Notes: generated by a model from the sequence alone, not told the origin. A stretch of 64,000 nucleotides of DNA from a virus (IMGVR_UViG_3300032296_003759); one strand, 5' to 3'. Shown: positions 46,885 to 57,709, counted from the stretch's first letter. Translations and numbers: made by a program.

Positions 46885-48576
46885 TTAGAGAGCTGCAATA
46901 CCAGTTCTAGGGTTCTTAGGAACAAGTTTTAACAGTTTAGTAGGATCTTTTACTACAGCAGTATCTGCTCTTCCTACAAACTTAACTTGATATCCAGAAA
47001 GTTCATCACTTGAATTGGTAACTTGGATATTCTGACCATTGATTGAAGTACTTGTTCTCAACAGAGGATGGGTATCTTCACCAGCTTCAACCATCATTCT
47101 CAGTTTATTACCTTGTTTTCTGATAATTGCAATATTGTCTCTAGATGTATTATAATCTTCAATCAACATTGTATAAGAAGAAAGTCTATAACCAGAAGCA
47201 AGTACAGGGTTTACAAACTCATCAGCTTTTACAGGATCAAATCCAGGTTCCCATTGTACTTCTAAGTAACCAATGTTAGGAATTTGATATCTAGTAAATC
47301 TTGGAGCATTGTAAGTAAGGTTACTAGCCTGACCTGTAATAAATCCATGATCCATGTTATGAACCTGTGCAGGAATTTGGAATCCTTTTTTCATGAATGC
47401 TTGATAGAACAATTCAGATCCACCTCTACCAGTTTTAATAACATAAGTATTATCAGAGATAGATTCACGGAGAGGAACTTTACCAAATTCAAAATCTTTA
47501 ATTGCATCTGTGATTGTATCCAGAGTAAAGCTTTCGATAGAGTAAGTATGCTTGTAACCAGCAAGATCAAGTTGGAACCAAACACCAGGTACCAGACGAG
47601 TTGTATCATAACCATCTCTCAAGAGATTAACTTGGTCAGACCAAATCATCAAGTCATTGTTTTGTTTCAACAACATGTTGATAGCAATACTATCCAGTAA
47701 GTTTACAAAAGCAGCTTCACCATTACCTTTAGCTTTTTCCTCTTGAAGTCTATCCCAGTAAGCTTTATAGTTTTCAGGGTTAGTCATGTTGATAACTTTG
47801 TTATCAGCAATACCTCTTACTTGATAGAACTGAAGAGTCATTTGCTCCATCAGAGAAACTTGCTTTTGATCAAATCTTGTATTAGTATTCAAATACTCAA
47901 CAGCACCAGAAGAAACTCTGTAAGACTGTTGTAAAAGAGCATTTGATAAATAGTTCTTGTATTTAGCAAGAGAAGGAACACCACTTACACTCCAAGTAGA
48001 TTTATAAGAAGAGAAGTCCAGACCTCTAATATCAGCTAATTTGATAATTTGTCTTTGAGGTTGGAACTCAGCCTTAGTTACATATTTAACTTGAGCGTTA
48101 GTATTCAATACTGCCCACAATTTGTAATGTTCACCAAGTTGCTCGATAGGTCTATCAACAACTGTAAAAGATACTCTTGAAGTCAGATCAAATTTAAAAA
48201 TTGAACCAGGAGCAAGATCTCTTCTTGTAACAACAAAAGGAATCTCTTCTCCATCAAGACCAATTTTATCTTTGTCTAATCCACCACTAACAAGACGAGT
48301 TGTAGCATCTGCAGCAGAAGGAAGTTCAAAAGTATAGTGATCAGCACCAGTATATACAACCTGAGCATTATCAATAGCTAATGTCAACAATGGAGAATCA
48401 GTTCTTTGTTTTAGAGCCCAAAGATCTAATACGCCAAAGTCCAATGGCTTTTCAGGTGCAATAGCTGTTACATAGGGAATGTCTACATGGTTTTTAATAC
48501 CAAGTGACCTTGTTTGTCCAATAAAGATACCAGGATGTCCCAAAGTACCTAGTCCTTGTAGTGAAGTTTGTATCAT
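46885..48576 (-). CDS. putative major capsid protein (563 aa)
   Basis: Canonical TerL-portal-scaffold-capsid position. Less AT-rich codon usage. Structured region downstream. Confidence 0.45.
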   Translation of the reverse strand: MIQTSLQGLGTLGHPGIFIGQTRSLGIKNHVDIPYVTAIAPEKPLDFGVLDLWALKQRTDSPLLTLAIDNAQVVYTGADHYTFELPSAADATTRLVSGGLDKDKIGLDGEEIPFVVTRRDLAPGSIFKFDLTSRVSFTVVDRPIEQLGEHYKLWAVLNTNAQVKYVTKAEFQPQRQIIKLADIRGLDFSSYKSTWSVSGVPSLAKYKNYLSNALLQQSYRVSSGAVEYLNTNTRFDQKQVSLMEQMTLQFYQVRGIADNKVINMTNPENYKAYWDRLQEEKAKGNGEAAFVNLLDSIAINMLLKQNNDLMIWSDQVNLLRDGYDTTRLVPGVWFQLDLAGYKHTYSIESFTLDTITDAIKDFEFGKVPLRESISDNTYVIKTGRGGSELFYQAFMKKGFQIPAQVHNMDHGFITGQASNLTYNAPRFTRYQIPNIGYLEVQWEPGFDPVKADEFVNPVLASGYRLSSYTMLIEDYNTSRDNIAIIRKQGNKLRMMVEAGEDTHPLLRTSTSINGQNIQVTNSSDELSGYQVKFVGRADTAVVKDPTKLLKLVPKNPRTGIAAL

Positions 48577-48595
48577 AGTTTATTTTTGTTTTATT

Positions 48596-49825
48596 TTAAT
48601 TTGATCTTCCGAATTTAGGTTTTCCATTAAATTGATTTCTGGAAATTGCAACTCTTTGTTCTTCTACAGAATTATCTCTAGGATTATTTCTTTCTGTAGC
48701 AACTCTTAATTTAGACTGTAAAGATGCTGCAGTTTTTCTTGCAGCTCCATCACTTACGTAATTTAAGAATGAATCTTTTTTGGATACTAAAAGAGCTATT
48801 TGCTTAAGTGTTTCAAAATCTCCTGATTCAAAGAGATGATCTATTGCATTGTAGATTTGATAACCTCCTGTTTGTGGAGAAGGTTCTGCAATTAGATCAT
48901 ATATTACTGCTTTTTCTTCGTTTCTAAGTTTCTTTCCAAACAATGGAGTTTCAATTGATTGAATTGCAGTATTTCTAATTTGATGAACCATTTGTTGATA
49001 GTACTCAACTTCTTGTTGTTTCTGTTGTTGCATTTGAGATAAGTATTGCTCTTGTTCTTGAACCAACATTGGCTTATACTTCTCTGCAGTACTAACTAAC
49101 TTATCATTTGTTTTAAGAGCTTCTATTTGATCATTAATCAAATCTTCTGTTTCACCTCTACTTTGTAATCTATATCTAACAATTGCTTCTGCACCTTCCA
49201 AGGTTTTTTCATCAATTGTACCTATACTCTGCATATTTTGAACACCTTGAATAAATGGTATTAGTTCTTCAGGGGTATCTACCATTTCTGCATACTGTGC
49301 TACTACTTGCCAAGCCGGAGATTTTGTTTGATACCATCCTTGTTCAATTTGATTTTGGATCTGTTGAACTTTCCAATCTACCTGTAGATCAATTACTTGA
49401 TCAAAGTCTTCAGGAGTTTGTGGAACAAAGTATGTCTTTTCTCCATTCTCAGATTCTTGTTCAATTGGAACAAACTTACCGGATTTTAATCTATCCTCAA
49501 AGTAACCTGATATATCACTAAAATCATATTTAGGTTTTCTACCAGGTGTAGCTTTTTGACTTTGATTGTCATCTGATCCTAAAAGATCTACATCTTTTAT
49601 TTCATCACCTTCTTTTGGTAAATTTGGATCAACTGTAGTTTGTTCTGTAGAACTTGTAGCTAAAGCAACCTTATCATTTAAAGAACTATCATCTTTTTTT
49701 TGTCCTCCTCCTAGGAGATCTACATCAACAATTTCAGAACCAAAATTTGCTTGGGGTTGTTTTTGTACATCGTCACCACCGAAAAGGTCCACATATTGCT
49801 GTGGATTAAGATCTTGAATATTCAT
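48596..49825 (-). CDS. scaffold-like protein (409 aa), acidic with a Q-rich coiled coil
   Basis: Contains QEQEQYLSQMQQQKQQEVEYYQQ. Lies between the portal and capsid candidates. Confidence 0.4.
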   Translation of the reverse strand: MNIQDLNPQQYVDLFGGDDVQKQPQANFGSEIVDVDLLGGGQKKDDSSLNDKVALATSSTEQTTVDPNLPKEGDEIKDVDLLGSDDNQSQKATPGRKPKYDFSDISGYFEDRLKSGKFVPIEQESENGEKTYFVPQTPEDFDQVIDLQVDWKVQQIQNQIEQGWYQTKSPAWQVVAQYAEMVDTPEELIPFIQGVQNMQSIGTIDEKTLEGAEAIVRYRLQSRGETEDLINDQIEALKTNDKLVSTAEKYKPMLVQEQEQYLSQMQQQKQQEVEYYQQMVHQIRNTAIQSIETPLFGKKLRNEEKAVIYDLIAEPSPQTGGYQIYNAIDHLFESGDFETLKQIALLVSKKDSFLNYVSDGAARKTAASLQSKLRVATERNNPRDNSVEEQRVAISRNQFNGKPKFGRSN

Positions 49826-49865
49826 ATGTTGGTTTTTTATACAATTTTATAATAAACATTTTAAG

Positions 49866-49882
49866 TTAATTTTCCAAATATA
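49866..49882 (-). promoter_or_regulatory. promoter-like motif TATATTTGGAAAATTAA (minus sense), 41 nt upstream of the scaffold-like gene
   Basis: Contains the TAnnTTTG -7 box. The 14-mer TTAATTTTCCAAAT (plus) recurs identically at 57652-57665. Confidence 0.5.
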
Positions 49883-49926
49883 TTGTTATTTAAAATATGT
49901 CTATTTTACAATATATACTAAATTAT

Positions 49927-52701
49927 TTATTTTTTCTTTCCTATCTCAGCATTAGTCTTATTTTCTTTTGCAACTTTAAGTGCATACTCACCTTTTATCT
50001 TTTCTTTTTGAATTTGAGAATTTGCTTTCTCTTTCTCTATAATCATTTTATTAGCCTCACTTTGTCTCTTAAGATTACTTTGCTCTGCAATTCCTGCTGT
50101 TTTTGCTTCAAATTCTTTTTGTTTATAGTAAGCATTAAGATTCTCACTTGCATCAACAACATCATTTTGATTATTATCAGATTGTAATCCACCCAATGCT
50201 CTAATTGTAGCAACTTCAAGATCTTTTTGTCTATCAAGTTCAGCTTGTTCAGCTTCATAAGCAAGTTTCTCTTGTTGCATTTTCTCATTACTTTGAGCTT
50301 GTTTATCTGCCATTTCTTGTTCGTGAGCTCTTTGTCTTTCTTCTCTTTCAACTTGTTCAAGTTCACCTTTCTTAACAAGATCAATAATAGATGGTATAGA
50401 GCTTTGTACTATAGCCTCTATTTTTGCAGAAGGTTGTATTGGAAGTGTATTTTCACCTAATAAGAACTGACTTATCATTTGTAATGCACCTCTTACATTT
50501 GCTCTTGTTTGTAAGAATATATTATAATGTGGCAATAAATTATCCATACCTTCTATCTCTAGAAATACGTTCTGTTCTTTATCATTCATGTATATATCTC
50601 TAGATTTCTCTACAAATGTACTATAATATTGTGCAGCATCCAACATTCTTTGTCTAACTCTTTGCATTAAATTTCCATGTTGCTCAAAATACTTCTCAGT
50701 TTGAGTTTCTGAGAGCTGTATACCTTGTTGTATTCCATATGCTGTTTCAGTAGGTTTAATTTGACCCATTCTCTCTCTTGTGATACCTATAACCTCACCT
50801 GCTTCCATTTTAAGCATTTGTGCAAGCTGCATATAGAATTGTGCTTCTTGTACTGTTGTTAAACTAAGTATTTGTGGAAGAGCTGGTTGACCTACACCAT
50901 CTAGTGCTTCTCTAGATAATGTATAATCAAATATATCAGACTCTCTAAGTTTTTCATCGTATGCCTCCATTGGATCTACTGTATTTGTAGAATTAGATAG
51001 ATTGTTTGTTGACATAATCCTTCTATCAATAGCTATTTTTGTTCCATAGTCTTTTAAAATCTTTTTAGGAACTCTATTCATTGCAATATTATAGAGAATC
51101 TGGAATGGTTTTAATCTATCTACTAGAGAATGTGTAGATGTATTTATGTGACTAAATATACATCCTTCTACAGGTGGTAAAGAATCAAATGGGTTATTTC
51201 TTCCTTTAAATTGGAACTGCACTGGATCTCCATCAACATATATTGAATGAAGAGTATTCTGGGAATTCATCCAGAATGTATGTTTCTGGTTTGGAGATAT
51301 TTTAATTACATGTCTCCACTCAGGTACCCAAGTCCAGTCAACATGTTCTCCGTATATAAGATTATCTTTTGTATTTTCCTTTGTAATTGAGTTATCATAT
51401 TTTGGCTCAATAGTAACTTTAAAATTTTCATCTATCCATTGTGACTCCTCATAGCTTCCATCTCTGTTTATTTTTGTTAACCAACCAATTCTTTTCATAG
51501 CCCTCCAGTATAATCTCATTACTCTAAACATTTGAGGTTGTCCGGTAACTCTTCTTCCCCAAACAGGATTAAGTAAATCTACTTCTTGATTATGATCAAA
51601 GTTAGGTGATCTCATAAAGTTATATGCAAGTTCTTTTCCAAGTAGTGCATCATTCATTACAGGATCCATATTAGTTGCAGTTGCCCAGTCTTTAGATAAA
51701 TCATAGTGTGCACCCTGGTGACTCTTTAAATAATCTGGTACAATTATATTTGCAGTTTTTACATATATTTCTTTTAGTTTTACTAAATCTTCTTCCTTCA
51801 TCCTTCTTCCATATCTATTTACAATATCTCCAGAAGACATAAACTCAAACCATAAAAAATAATCTCCATCACTTACATACTTAACATTAGGACCTTTATG
51901 ATAATCACAGAACTTAGGATTTAATAATTCTAATTTAAAGTCATCATCAAGTAAATCAATATGCCAAAACTCACTATCAGATATAAGCATTGACTCAAAT
52001 GCATCTGGTTCAAGTTCATATAGATTATATCTTTTCTCTTGTATCCTTACTACCTTCTCTGCCCATTTTGTTCCAGTAGTTCTATAATTTCTAGCTTTTA
52101 TTTCAAGTTCATTAAACTTAGCCATTGCCTTTTCATACTCTTGCTGGTATTCTTCAGGATTTTCTTCTTCAGAGAATCCCATCATAGCTAATGATTTCTT
52201 TTTCTCAACTTCTGCAAACTGTGTAATTATATTTCTAAACTCATCTTGTTTAAACTTAAAAGCCTCATCTACAGAATATTGATCAATTGCTTGTACAGTC
52301 CACTGATTATCTCTTTTAATAAATTCACCTCTCAAAACATCTATGAAGTTTGGAACAAGCGGATAAAACTGCTCAAGTGGAGATTGTGATTCTTGAGGAA
52401 CAATCATTCCTATAGCTTGAGAGTATTCATTTATATCAGGATTGATTATATAATCTGACTGATTAAGTTTTCCATATCTCATCCAATAGTTCTTTTGGAT
52501 TCTACCTGCTCTTCTCTCTACATTTAACCACCCTGCCATTTCATAGTAATCTGCTACAGCTCTTACCCAATCATTAGTCTTTTCTTCCATTGTAAGCATC
52601 TGAAATGGAAGTAAGTCATCAATATTTCCTCCAAGTAATGTATTACTATCTAATTTGAAACCTTTATATAGATCTTGTCCCCAAATTAATTTTTTTGCCA
52701 T
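49927..52701 (-). CDS. putative portal protein (924 aa)
   Basis: Immediately downstream of TerL. Portal-sized. C-terminal K/E-rich tail. Confidence 0.5.
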   Translation of the reverse strand: MAKKLIWGQDLYKGFKLDSNTLLGGNIDDLLPFQMLTMEEKTNDWVRAVADYYEMAGWLNVERRAGRIQKNYWMRYGKLNQSDYIINPDINEYSQAIGMIVPQESQSPLEQFYPLVPNFIDVLRGEFIKRDNQWTVQAIDQYSVDEAFKFKQDEFRNIITQFAEVEKKKSLAMMGFSEEENPEEYQQEYEKAMAKFNELEIKARNYRTTGTKWAEKVVRIQEKRYNLYELEPDAFESMLISDSEFWHIDLLDDDFKLELLNPKFCDYHKGPNVKYVSDGDYFLWFEFMSSGDIVNRYGRRMKEEDLVKLKEIYVKTANIIVPDYLKSHQGAHYDLSKDWATATNMDPVMNDALLGKELAYNFMRSPNFDHNQEVDLLNPVWGRRVTGQPQMFRVMRLYWRAMKRIGWLTKINRDGSYEESQWIDENFKVTIEPKYDNSITKENTKDNLIYGEHVDWTWVPEWRHVIKISPNQKHTFWMNSQNTLHSIYVDGDPVQFQFKGRNNPFDSLPPVEGCIFSHINTSTHSLVDRLKPFQILYNIAMNRVPKKILKDYGTKIAIDRRIMSTNNLSNSTNTVDPMEAYDEKLRESDIFDYTLSREALDGVGQPALPQILSLTTVQEAQFYMQLAQMLKMEAGEVIGITRERMGQIKPTETAYGIQQGIQLSETQTEKYFEQHGNLMQRVRQRMLDAAQYYSTFVEKSRDIYMNDKEQNVFLEIEGMDNLLPHYNIFLQTRANVRGALQMISQFLLGENTLPIQPSAKIEAIVQSSIPSIIDLVKKGELEQVEREERQRAHEQEMADKQAQSNEKMQQEKLAYEAEQAELDRQKDLEVATIRALGGLQSDNNQNDVVDASENLNAYYKQKEFEAKTAGIAEQSNLKRQSEANKMIIEKEKANSQIQKEKIKGEYALKVAKENKTNAEIGKKK

Positions 52702-52703
52702 AG

Positions 52704-54935
52704 TTATAGTATTGAATGAGATTTTTTAAATCTTCTGTTTGTGTTTAAATTTTTATATGACCCTCCTCCTAGCATTGAAATCTTTTTTGGAGGAATGTAA
52801 ATTTGTTCTTTTGGTTCCTCTTTTACCTCATTTATAGTAGGTATTCCAAACTCACTTTCATAGACTTTACCTATTGTTACTGCAGCAGTATGTGATACAA
52901 TTCTATCAAAGTTATCTTTCTCATTATATCTGATATACTCCTCTATCAACCAATAATCATCAGTTCTGTCTATTCCATTATATATTTTAAGAACTTCTCC
53001 ATCTGCTTTTTCTCTCCTATCAAACTCTGTCTGGAAATATTCTTTTATGTTACTCTTAAGTATCTTCCACATGTTATTCTGTGGTGATATAATAAATCCA
53101 TAGTTTGATACAGATAATCCAGCGTTAACATTAAGATCTTTAAATACTGGTACATCAGACTCTTTTGCTAGATATCTTTCAGCTCTACCATTTCTCTTCA
53201 TATAGTTTATGAAGTTTGGTTTAGATCTTTCTACATAACTGAACGCATTGTACATTTTTATAAGTAACCATGCTTGTTCATTTGATTTTTCTACTGGATT
53301 ATATCTTCCTCTATATGTAGCTACAATCTTCCCTCCCTCAACTCTTGTCTTTATTTTTCCGTCTGTATCCTTATACTTAACTCTTACCATTCTCCTATAG
53401 ATATCTACAGACATAACTGAATGTGATGTTGTTGTAACATCTACCTCAACTGTATCTACTCCTGCAAAGTTAGTTAACCATTTTGGATTTTCCTCGGGCA
53501 TTTCATAAATTGTAACAACACCTCTTTTATCTTCCCAATCTGGTACAATTGGATATCTATGTTCTTCAGGAAGGTTGTTGGTTTTTAATTTAACCTTACC
53601 TGATTCATCTTCCTCAAGAACACACTTTATCGGTTTAAATTTCCATTTATTCTCTTTATCCTTTATTTTTATTCTTTCTTGTTGTGCAAGAAGTTCATCA
53701 ATTGGGAACTCAGAACTTTTTCTTTGTGCAAATGCTTCTTTTGGACTAAGTGGTTTTTGAGATATATCAAGTTGAGCAAGATCTTTTCTTTTCTTAGATC
53801 TTATAGCTTCATTATTTTTAGATACAAATTCTGTTGCTTTCTCAACATCAGAATTTCCCTCTTCATCTATAAAACCTTCAAGATTATATGCTTCTGAAAC
53901 AAAAAGTCCACATGGTTTACCTCTCATTTCATTATCATCCCATATATTTTCTATTCCTAAGAAATTATGAGATTCAGGATCATAAAATACTTCTTTAATA
54001 TCTTCTGCATCATCTAAGTCACCAACTGATCCAGAACATATAATTAATCCTGTAGTTTTATTACCTTTTTCAAGTGCAGGTCTAATGTAACCAACTGTTT
54101 GTAATAATGTAGGTGCAACACCTGCCTCTTCATAAAAGAATATTGTTTGAGATCCACCTACACCATTTTCAGGTGAAACTTTAAATGTAGTTGCAGATAA
54201 CTTACTATCAAGTCCTACATATCCACCATCTACAAGAGGAGTTCTTTCATACCACTCTAAAGATTTTGGTACAATTGGACCTCTCTTCCATGCAGTTGCT
54301 CCTGAGTTTAAATGTTTTCTATAGAACTCTAAGAATCTCCAGGACTTTACGGTATATTCTTCTTTATATGCACCAATTGTATTTACAGAACTTTCAAACC
54401 AAGAATAACTCCAGTATAAAAGAGCCATTATTTTAAAAGAGTAACCTCTTTGTCTAGTTTTTACTATACATGCATGTTTTCCAGTTACCATGCATAATGT
54501 TATATAATGAAAGAACCAAAGATCACTATCCCATACATTTCCAAACATTTTTTTACCTACAACATCATTGTATATAGGACAGAAGTTTAGGTACCAATAA
54601 TAAAATGGAGGTATATAGATATTGTCTATAATAACTCCATTCTTTACTTTTTCTTTCTCGTTTGCCCAAAACTGTTTATATTTATGAGTACCCTTGATTG
54701 CTCTTGTATATTGGCCCCCTTCAAAATTTGGCTTATTTACACTATTTGCATATTGCATTCCTGCATCTTGCCATCTTCTTGTATTTTTTAAATTATATTT
54801 TCCAGGAAGTTTAAATTGTGATCTTATATATTTTTCAAAATCCTCTTCCTTTTCAAATACTTGATAGTCAATACCTTCTTTTGAAGTATCTATCTTTTGT
54901 ATCTTTAAAGGAAATTCCCAGATTTTATTTAACAT
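52704..54935 (-). CDS. terL: terminase large subunit
   Basis: Deviant Walker A VKTRQRGYS (K.RQ.G.S). Walker B-like TIFFYEEAG. Asp-rich nuclease region LIICSGSVGDLDDAED. 743 aa. Confidence 0.7.
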   Translation of the reverse strand: MLNKIWEFPLKIQKIDTSKEGIDYQVFEKEEDFEKYIRSQFKLPGKYNLKNTRRWQDAGMQYANSVNKPNFEGGQYTRAIKGTHKYKQFWANEKEKVKNGVIIDNIYIPPFYYWYLNFCPIYNDVVGKKMFGNVWDSDLWFFHYITLCMVTGKHACIVKTRQRGYSFKIMALLYWSYSWFESSVNTIGAYKEEYTVKSWRFLEFYRKHLNSGATAWKRGPIVPKSLEWYERTPLVDGGYVGLDSKLSATTFKVSPENGVGGSQTIFFYEEAGVAPTLLQTVGYIRPALEKGNKTTGLIICSGSVGDLDDAEDIKEVFYDPESHNFLGIENIWDDNEMRGKPCGLFVSEAYNLEGFIDEEGNSDVEKATEFVSKNNEAIRSKKRKDLAQLDISQKPLSPKEAFAQRKSSEFPIDELLAQQERIKIKDKENKWKFKPIKCVLEEDESGKVKLKTNNLPEEHRYPIVPDWEDKRGVVTIYEMPEENPKWLTNFAGVDTVEVDVTTTSHSVMSVDIYRRMVRVKYKDTDGKIKTRVEGGKIVATYRGRYNPVEKSNEQAWLLIKMYNAFSYVERSKPNFINYMKRNGRAERYLAKESDVPVFKDLNVNAGLSVSNYGFIISPQNNMWKILKSNIKEYFQTEFDRREKADGEVLKIYNGIDRTDDYWLIEEYIRYNEKDNFDRIVSHTAAVTIGKVYESEFGIPTINEVKEEPKEQIYIPPKKISMLGGGSYKNLNTNRRFKKSHSIL

Positions 54936-54937
54936 AA

Positions 54938-55450
54938 TTAATACTCTCCTATTTCATGATCACCCTTAGTGGCAACTTTTAGTTCTTCATCTGCCTGCTT
55001 TCTTACTTTTTGATAAGAATTTGCTATCTTATCAATCTTTTCCATAAGAGACATTCTTTCTCTAAAATTACCTTCTGACCCACCAACTACTGGTGTATCT
55101 CTTAAGTACTTTCTAAGTCTATGCAACTCTTGTTCTAGTTCATTTGCTAAAAGTACTATAGGTGATGAGTATAAAGATTTTAATCTCTCTATTGCAGTAT
55201 ATAGAATTTCATCTTCATAATCAATCTCTCCCATTGTAGAGTTAATATCATAGACTATAGTCTCAATCTTCTCCTCTTCTGGAATATTTATGTAAGGAGA
55301 ATCTACAGCAGACATTGCATGTACAAATAAAAGGTATCTATCAGAAATGTCTTTATACTTGTCAATTATATCTTTTATCTCAGGTATGCCATATGACTGA
55401 GCTGTAATACTTACTCTATCATCTTCATATTCAAGTATCTTTGGAATCAT
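54938..55450 (-). CDS. hypothetical protein (170 aa); positional candidate for the small terminase subunit
   Basis: Directly upstream of TerL. Called by position only. Confidence 0.25.
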   Translation of the reverse strand: MIPKILEYEDDRVSITAQSYGIPEIKDIIDKYKDISDRYLLFVHAMSAVDSPYINIPEEEKIETIVYDINSTMGEIDYEDEILYTAIERLKSLYSSPIVLLANELEQELHRLRKYLRDTPVVGGSEGNFRERMSLMEKIDKIANSYQKVRKQADEELKVATKGDHEIGEY

Positions 55451-56249
55451 TACTTAGTAATTTTAACATTTCAACTACTTCTTTTCTTCTGTAAGGAAGT
55501 GTTATAGTTTCAATTTTTTCAACAATTGGTTTATCATCTACAAGAACTGGTATATTATCGTTATCAGGATCTCTTTTGAGATGAATGTGTTCTATTATAA
55601 TATCTCCAGGTCTAAGTTTACCCTTATTAGCTTTCCACAAAAGATACATGTATATTGACATCTTTATAGAATATACATTTCCATTACAATCATCTAGATG
55701 AGAAAGTGGCCCAAGTAACTTTTTAGGTTTTACCCACTTTGATGAGAAAGAACTAAATTTTATGTCTGCATCAGTTTTATAGTCCCAAATATGTATTTTA
55801 TTATCAACTATAATAACTTTATCAGATTGTCCACATATCATATTCTCAAAGTCATATATCATTAATTCTGGGTATACTTTATTATTCTCTAAAAGTGATA
55901 TATCTAAAGAATATTTATAGTTGCCATCAGATTGATGGTTTATTACATCACACTTCTGATTATAGAAAACAGGACACTCCTTCAAATCTAGGAGCTCCTG
56001 TTCTCTAATGTTATGATATATTGTACCTACTTTTGCTGATATATCTCTCTTGATCTCCCACTTTTTCAATATATCATCTGTAGTTGTTGGATTTCCATTA
56101 CCTGTCTCTTTTGCTGCAATTTTTTTTGCAACTTTTTTCCAGTCAGTCTTTTCTTTAAACTTTTCTGTAAATTTAGATACAGATATTAATTCTAACTCTT
56201 CATCTGAAATATATCTATGTGAATCTTGAATGAATTTTACCTTACTCAT
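55431..56249 (-). CDS. PD-(D/E)XK nuclease (RecB/Cas4-like), 272 aa
   Basis: GQSDKVIIVD ... IWDYKTD matches motifs II/III (DYKT signature). Confidence 0.5.
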   Translation of the reverse strand: MSKVKFIQDSHRYISDEELELISVSKFTEKFKEKTDWKKVAKKIAAKETGNGNPTTTDDILKKWEIKRDISAKVGTIYHNIREQELLDLKECPVFYNQKCDVINHQSDGNYKYSLDISLLENNKVYPELMIYDFENMICGQSDKVIIVDNKIHIWDYKTDADIKFSSFSSKWVKPKKLLGPLSHLDDCNGNVYSIKMSIYMYLLWKANKGKLRPGDIIIEHIHLKRDPDNDNIPVLVDDKPIVEKIETITLPYRRKEVVEMLKLLSNDSKDT

Positions 56250-56544
56250 TTACAGTTGCGGTGAATTTCAACATAACAGATTCAGTATCATTATACTGAA
56301 TTGTGACAGCTTTTTGCTGCAAACCTGTTGAACCTGGGGTAAAAATTACATCTAAGTCAGCCTCCTCACCTGGAGAGATTAATGACTTTTGTAAACTTGC
56401 ATTTGTACATGATCCACAACCTACCATTACTCTGTTGATAGTTATTGGATTATCAGATGTATTCTTTATAGAATACTTAAAACTGTATGGTTGTCCATAC
56501 TTAAGATCTCCTAATGAGATCACATGTTGGTTTGGTTCTAGCAT
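56242..56544 (-). CDS. DUF1573-like small protein (100 aa)
   Basis: YSFKYSIKNTSDNPITINRVMVGCGSCT...PGEEADLDVIF matches the F(K)NTG..PL.I...SCGCT...PGE pattern of the Bacteroidota DUF1573 domain. Confidence 0.45.
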   Translation of the reverse strand: MLEPNQHVISLGDLKYGQPYSFKYSIKNTSDNPITINRVMVGCGSCTNASLQKSLISPGEEADLDVIFTPGSTGLQQKAVTIQYNDTESVMLKFTATVNE

Positions 56545-56900
56545 TACTCGAAAATTTTAATGTTATTAGATAATTTGAATTGCTTCCATTCTTCTTTGTT
56601 CATCATATCAGGATAGCATCTAGGTTCATTTTCACAACCTCTATCTTCAATTGTTTTACCTAGCATTTCACATCCACAGTGGATACAATGACCTTCTTCC
56701 CAGCATTGGGGAGATTTTTTAATAACCTCTGTTCTTCTCCATATAGCTTGTTCATATATATGTTGCTGAACAGAAAATCCTTGAATACTTCTCCTAAACA
56801 TTGATTGTATTACAGCATAAATGTTTCTTGGAGTTAATTTTGCAGGGTTTAGAGCTTTAGTCTTCCCCGTCAGTAGGTTCCAATAATACTTGAGTTTCAT
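56544..56900 (-). CDS. Cys-rich putative zinc-binding protein (118 aa)
   Basis: Contains CWEEGHCIHCGCE...C...C. Confidence 0.4.
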   Translation of the reverse strand: MKLKYYWNLLTGKTKALNPAKLTPRNIYAVIQSMFRRSIQGFSVQQHIYEQAIWRRTEVIKKSPQCWEEGHCIHCGCEMLGKTIEDRGCENEPRCYPDMMNKEEWKQFKLSNNIKIFE

Positions 56901-57258
56901 ATCTTTTTTTTCTTATTTGGTTTCTTTCTTCTAAATATTCCTCATAATCCTTCAATCTCTCTGTAAACAATTCATATATCTCTCTTTTATTCTCATACTT
57001 GAGAAACTGTCTTTCTGATGTAAAATCCTCTTTTGTTCTTGAAAAACCCTCTGGATAATAGTTTAGTATTTCTTTAACTCTTTTTCTTCTTAAAAAGAAA
57101 GAACCTATTCCTTTAATCTTTATAATTAATTTTGAGGGTCTTTTTTGTTCTTTATATAACTCTGAGAAAATAAAGTTACCAATATCCTTGTAAGTCTGTT
57201 CAGATTTACCTGTTCTTTGAGAAGTAAGTTTATATAGTTCATTTGGGTTACTCTGCAT
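56857..57258 (-). CDS. hypothetical protein (133 aa)
   Basis: ORF. Confidence 0.45.
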   Translation of the reverse strand: MQSNPNELYKLTSQRTGKSEQTYKDIGNFIFSELYKEQKRPSKLIIKIKGIGSFFLRRKRVKEILNYYPEGFSRTKEDFTSERQFLKYENKREIYELFTERLKDYEEYLEERNQIRKKRYETQVLLEPTDGED

Positions 57259-57616
57259 GACTAACTACATGATTTATAATTAGTTTATCAAAGTCTGTAG
57301 ATGGTATAAACACATCACTTACTTTTAGAATTGTATTCTTTGGTTTCTCAAAGATTCCGATATTTGTATACTTTGATAAGGCATTTCTTACACTCTGATC
57401 AGTTTTTTTATAGTTTTTATCAATACAAAGCTTTATAAACCTTGACTGTTCTTCACTATTGTTATATCCACCAAATAAGAAAAGTTCTATAATAATATCT
57501 ATATCATTCTCAGATGATTTGATATTATTCTGTAAAAACTTCAAATACAGGTGATATTTTAAAACGTCCCTTTTCTTCGTTAAAAGAACCTTATCTGAAA
57601 AAGACTTTATTTTCAT
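57248..57616 (-). CDS. hypothetical protein (122 aa)
   Basis: ORF. Confidence 0.45.
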   Translation of the reverse strand: MKIKSFSDKVLLTKKRDVLKYHLYLKFLQNNIKSSENDIDIIIELFLFGGYNNSEEQSRFIKLCIDKNYKKTDQSVRNALSKYTNIGIFEKPKNTILKVSDVFIPSTDFDKLIINHVVSHAE

Positions 57617-57651
57617 GTTGGTTTTCTTTACTATAATATACTGAAAATAAA

Positions 57652-57668
57652 TTAATTTTCCAAATTTA
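57652..57668 (-). promoter_or_regulatory. promoter-like motif TAAATTTGGAAAATTAA (minus sense), 36 nt upstream of gene 57248..57616
   Basis: Same 14-mer as at 49866-49879. Contains a TAnnTTTG box. Confidence 0.5.
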
Positions 57669-57709
57669 TTTTGAATAATTAATATATACAGTTATTATAA
57701 CATAATAAG

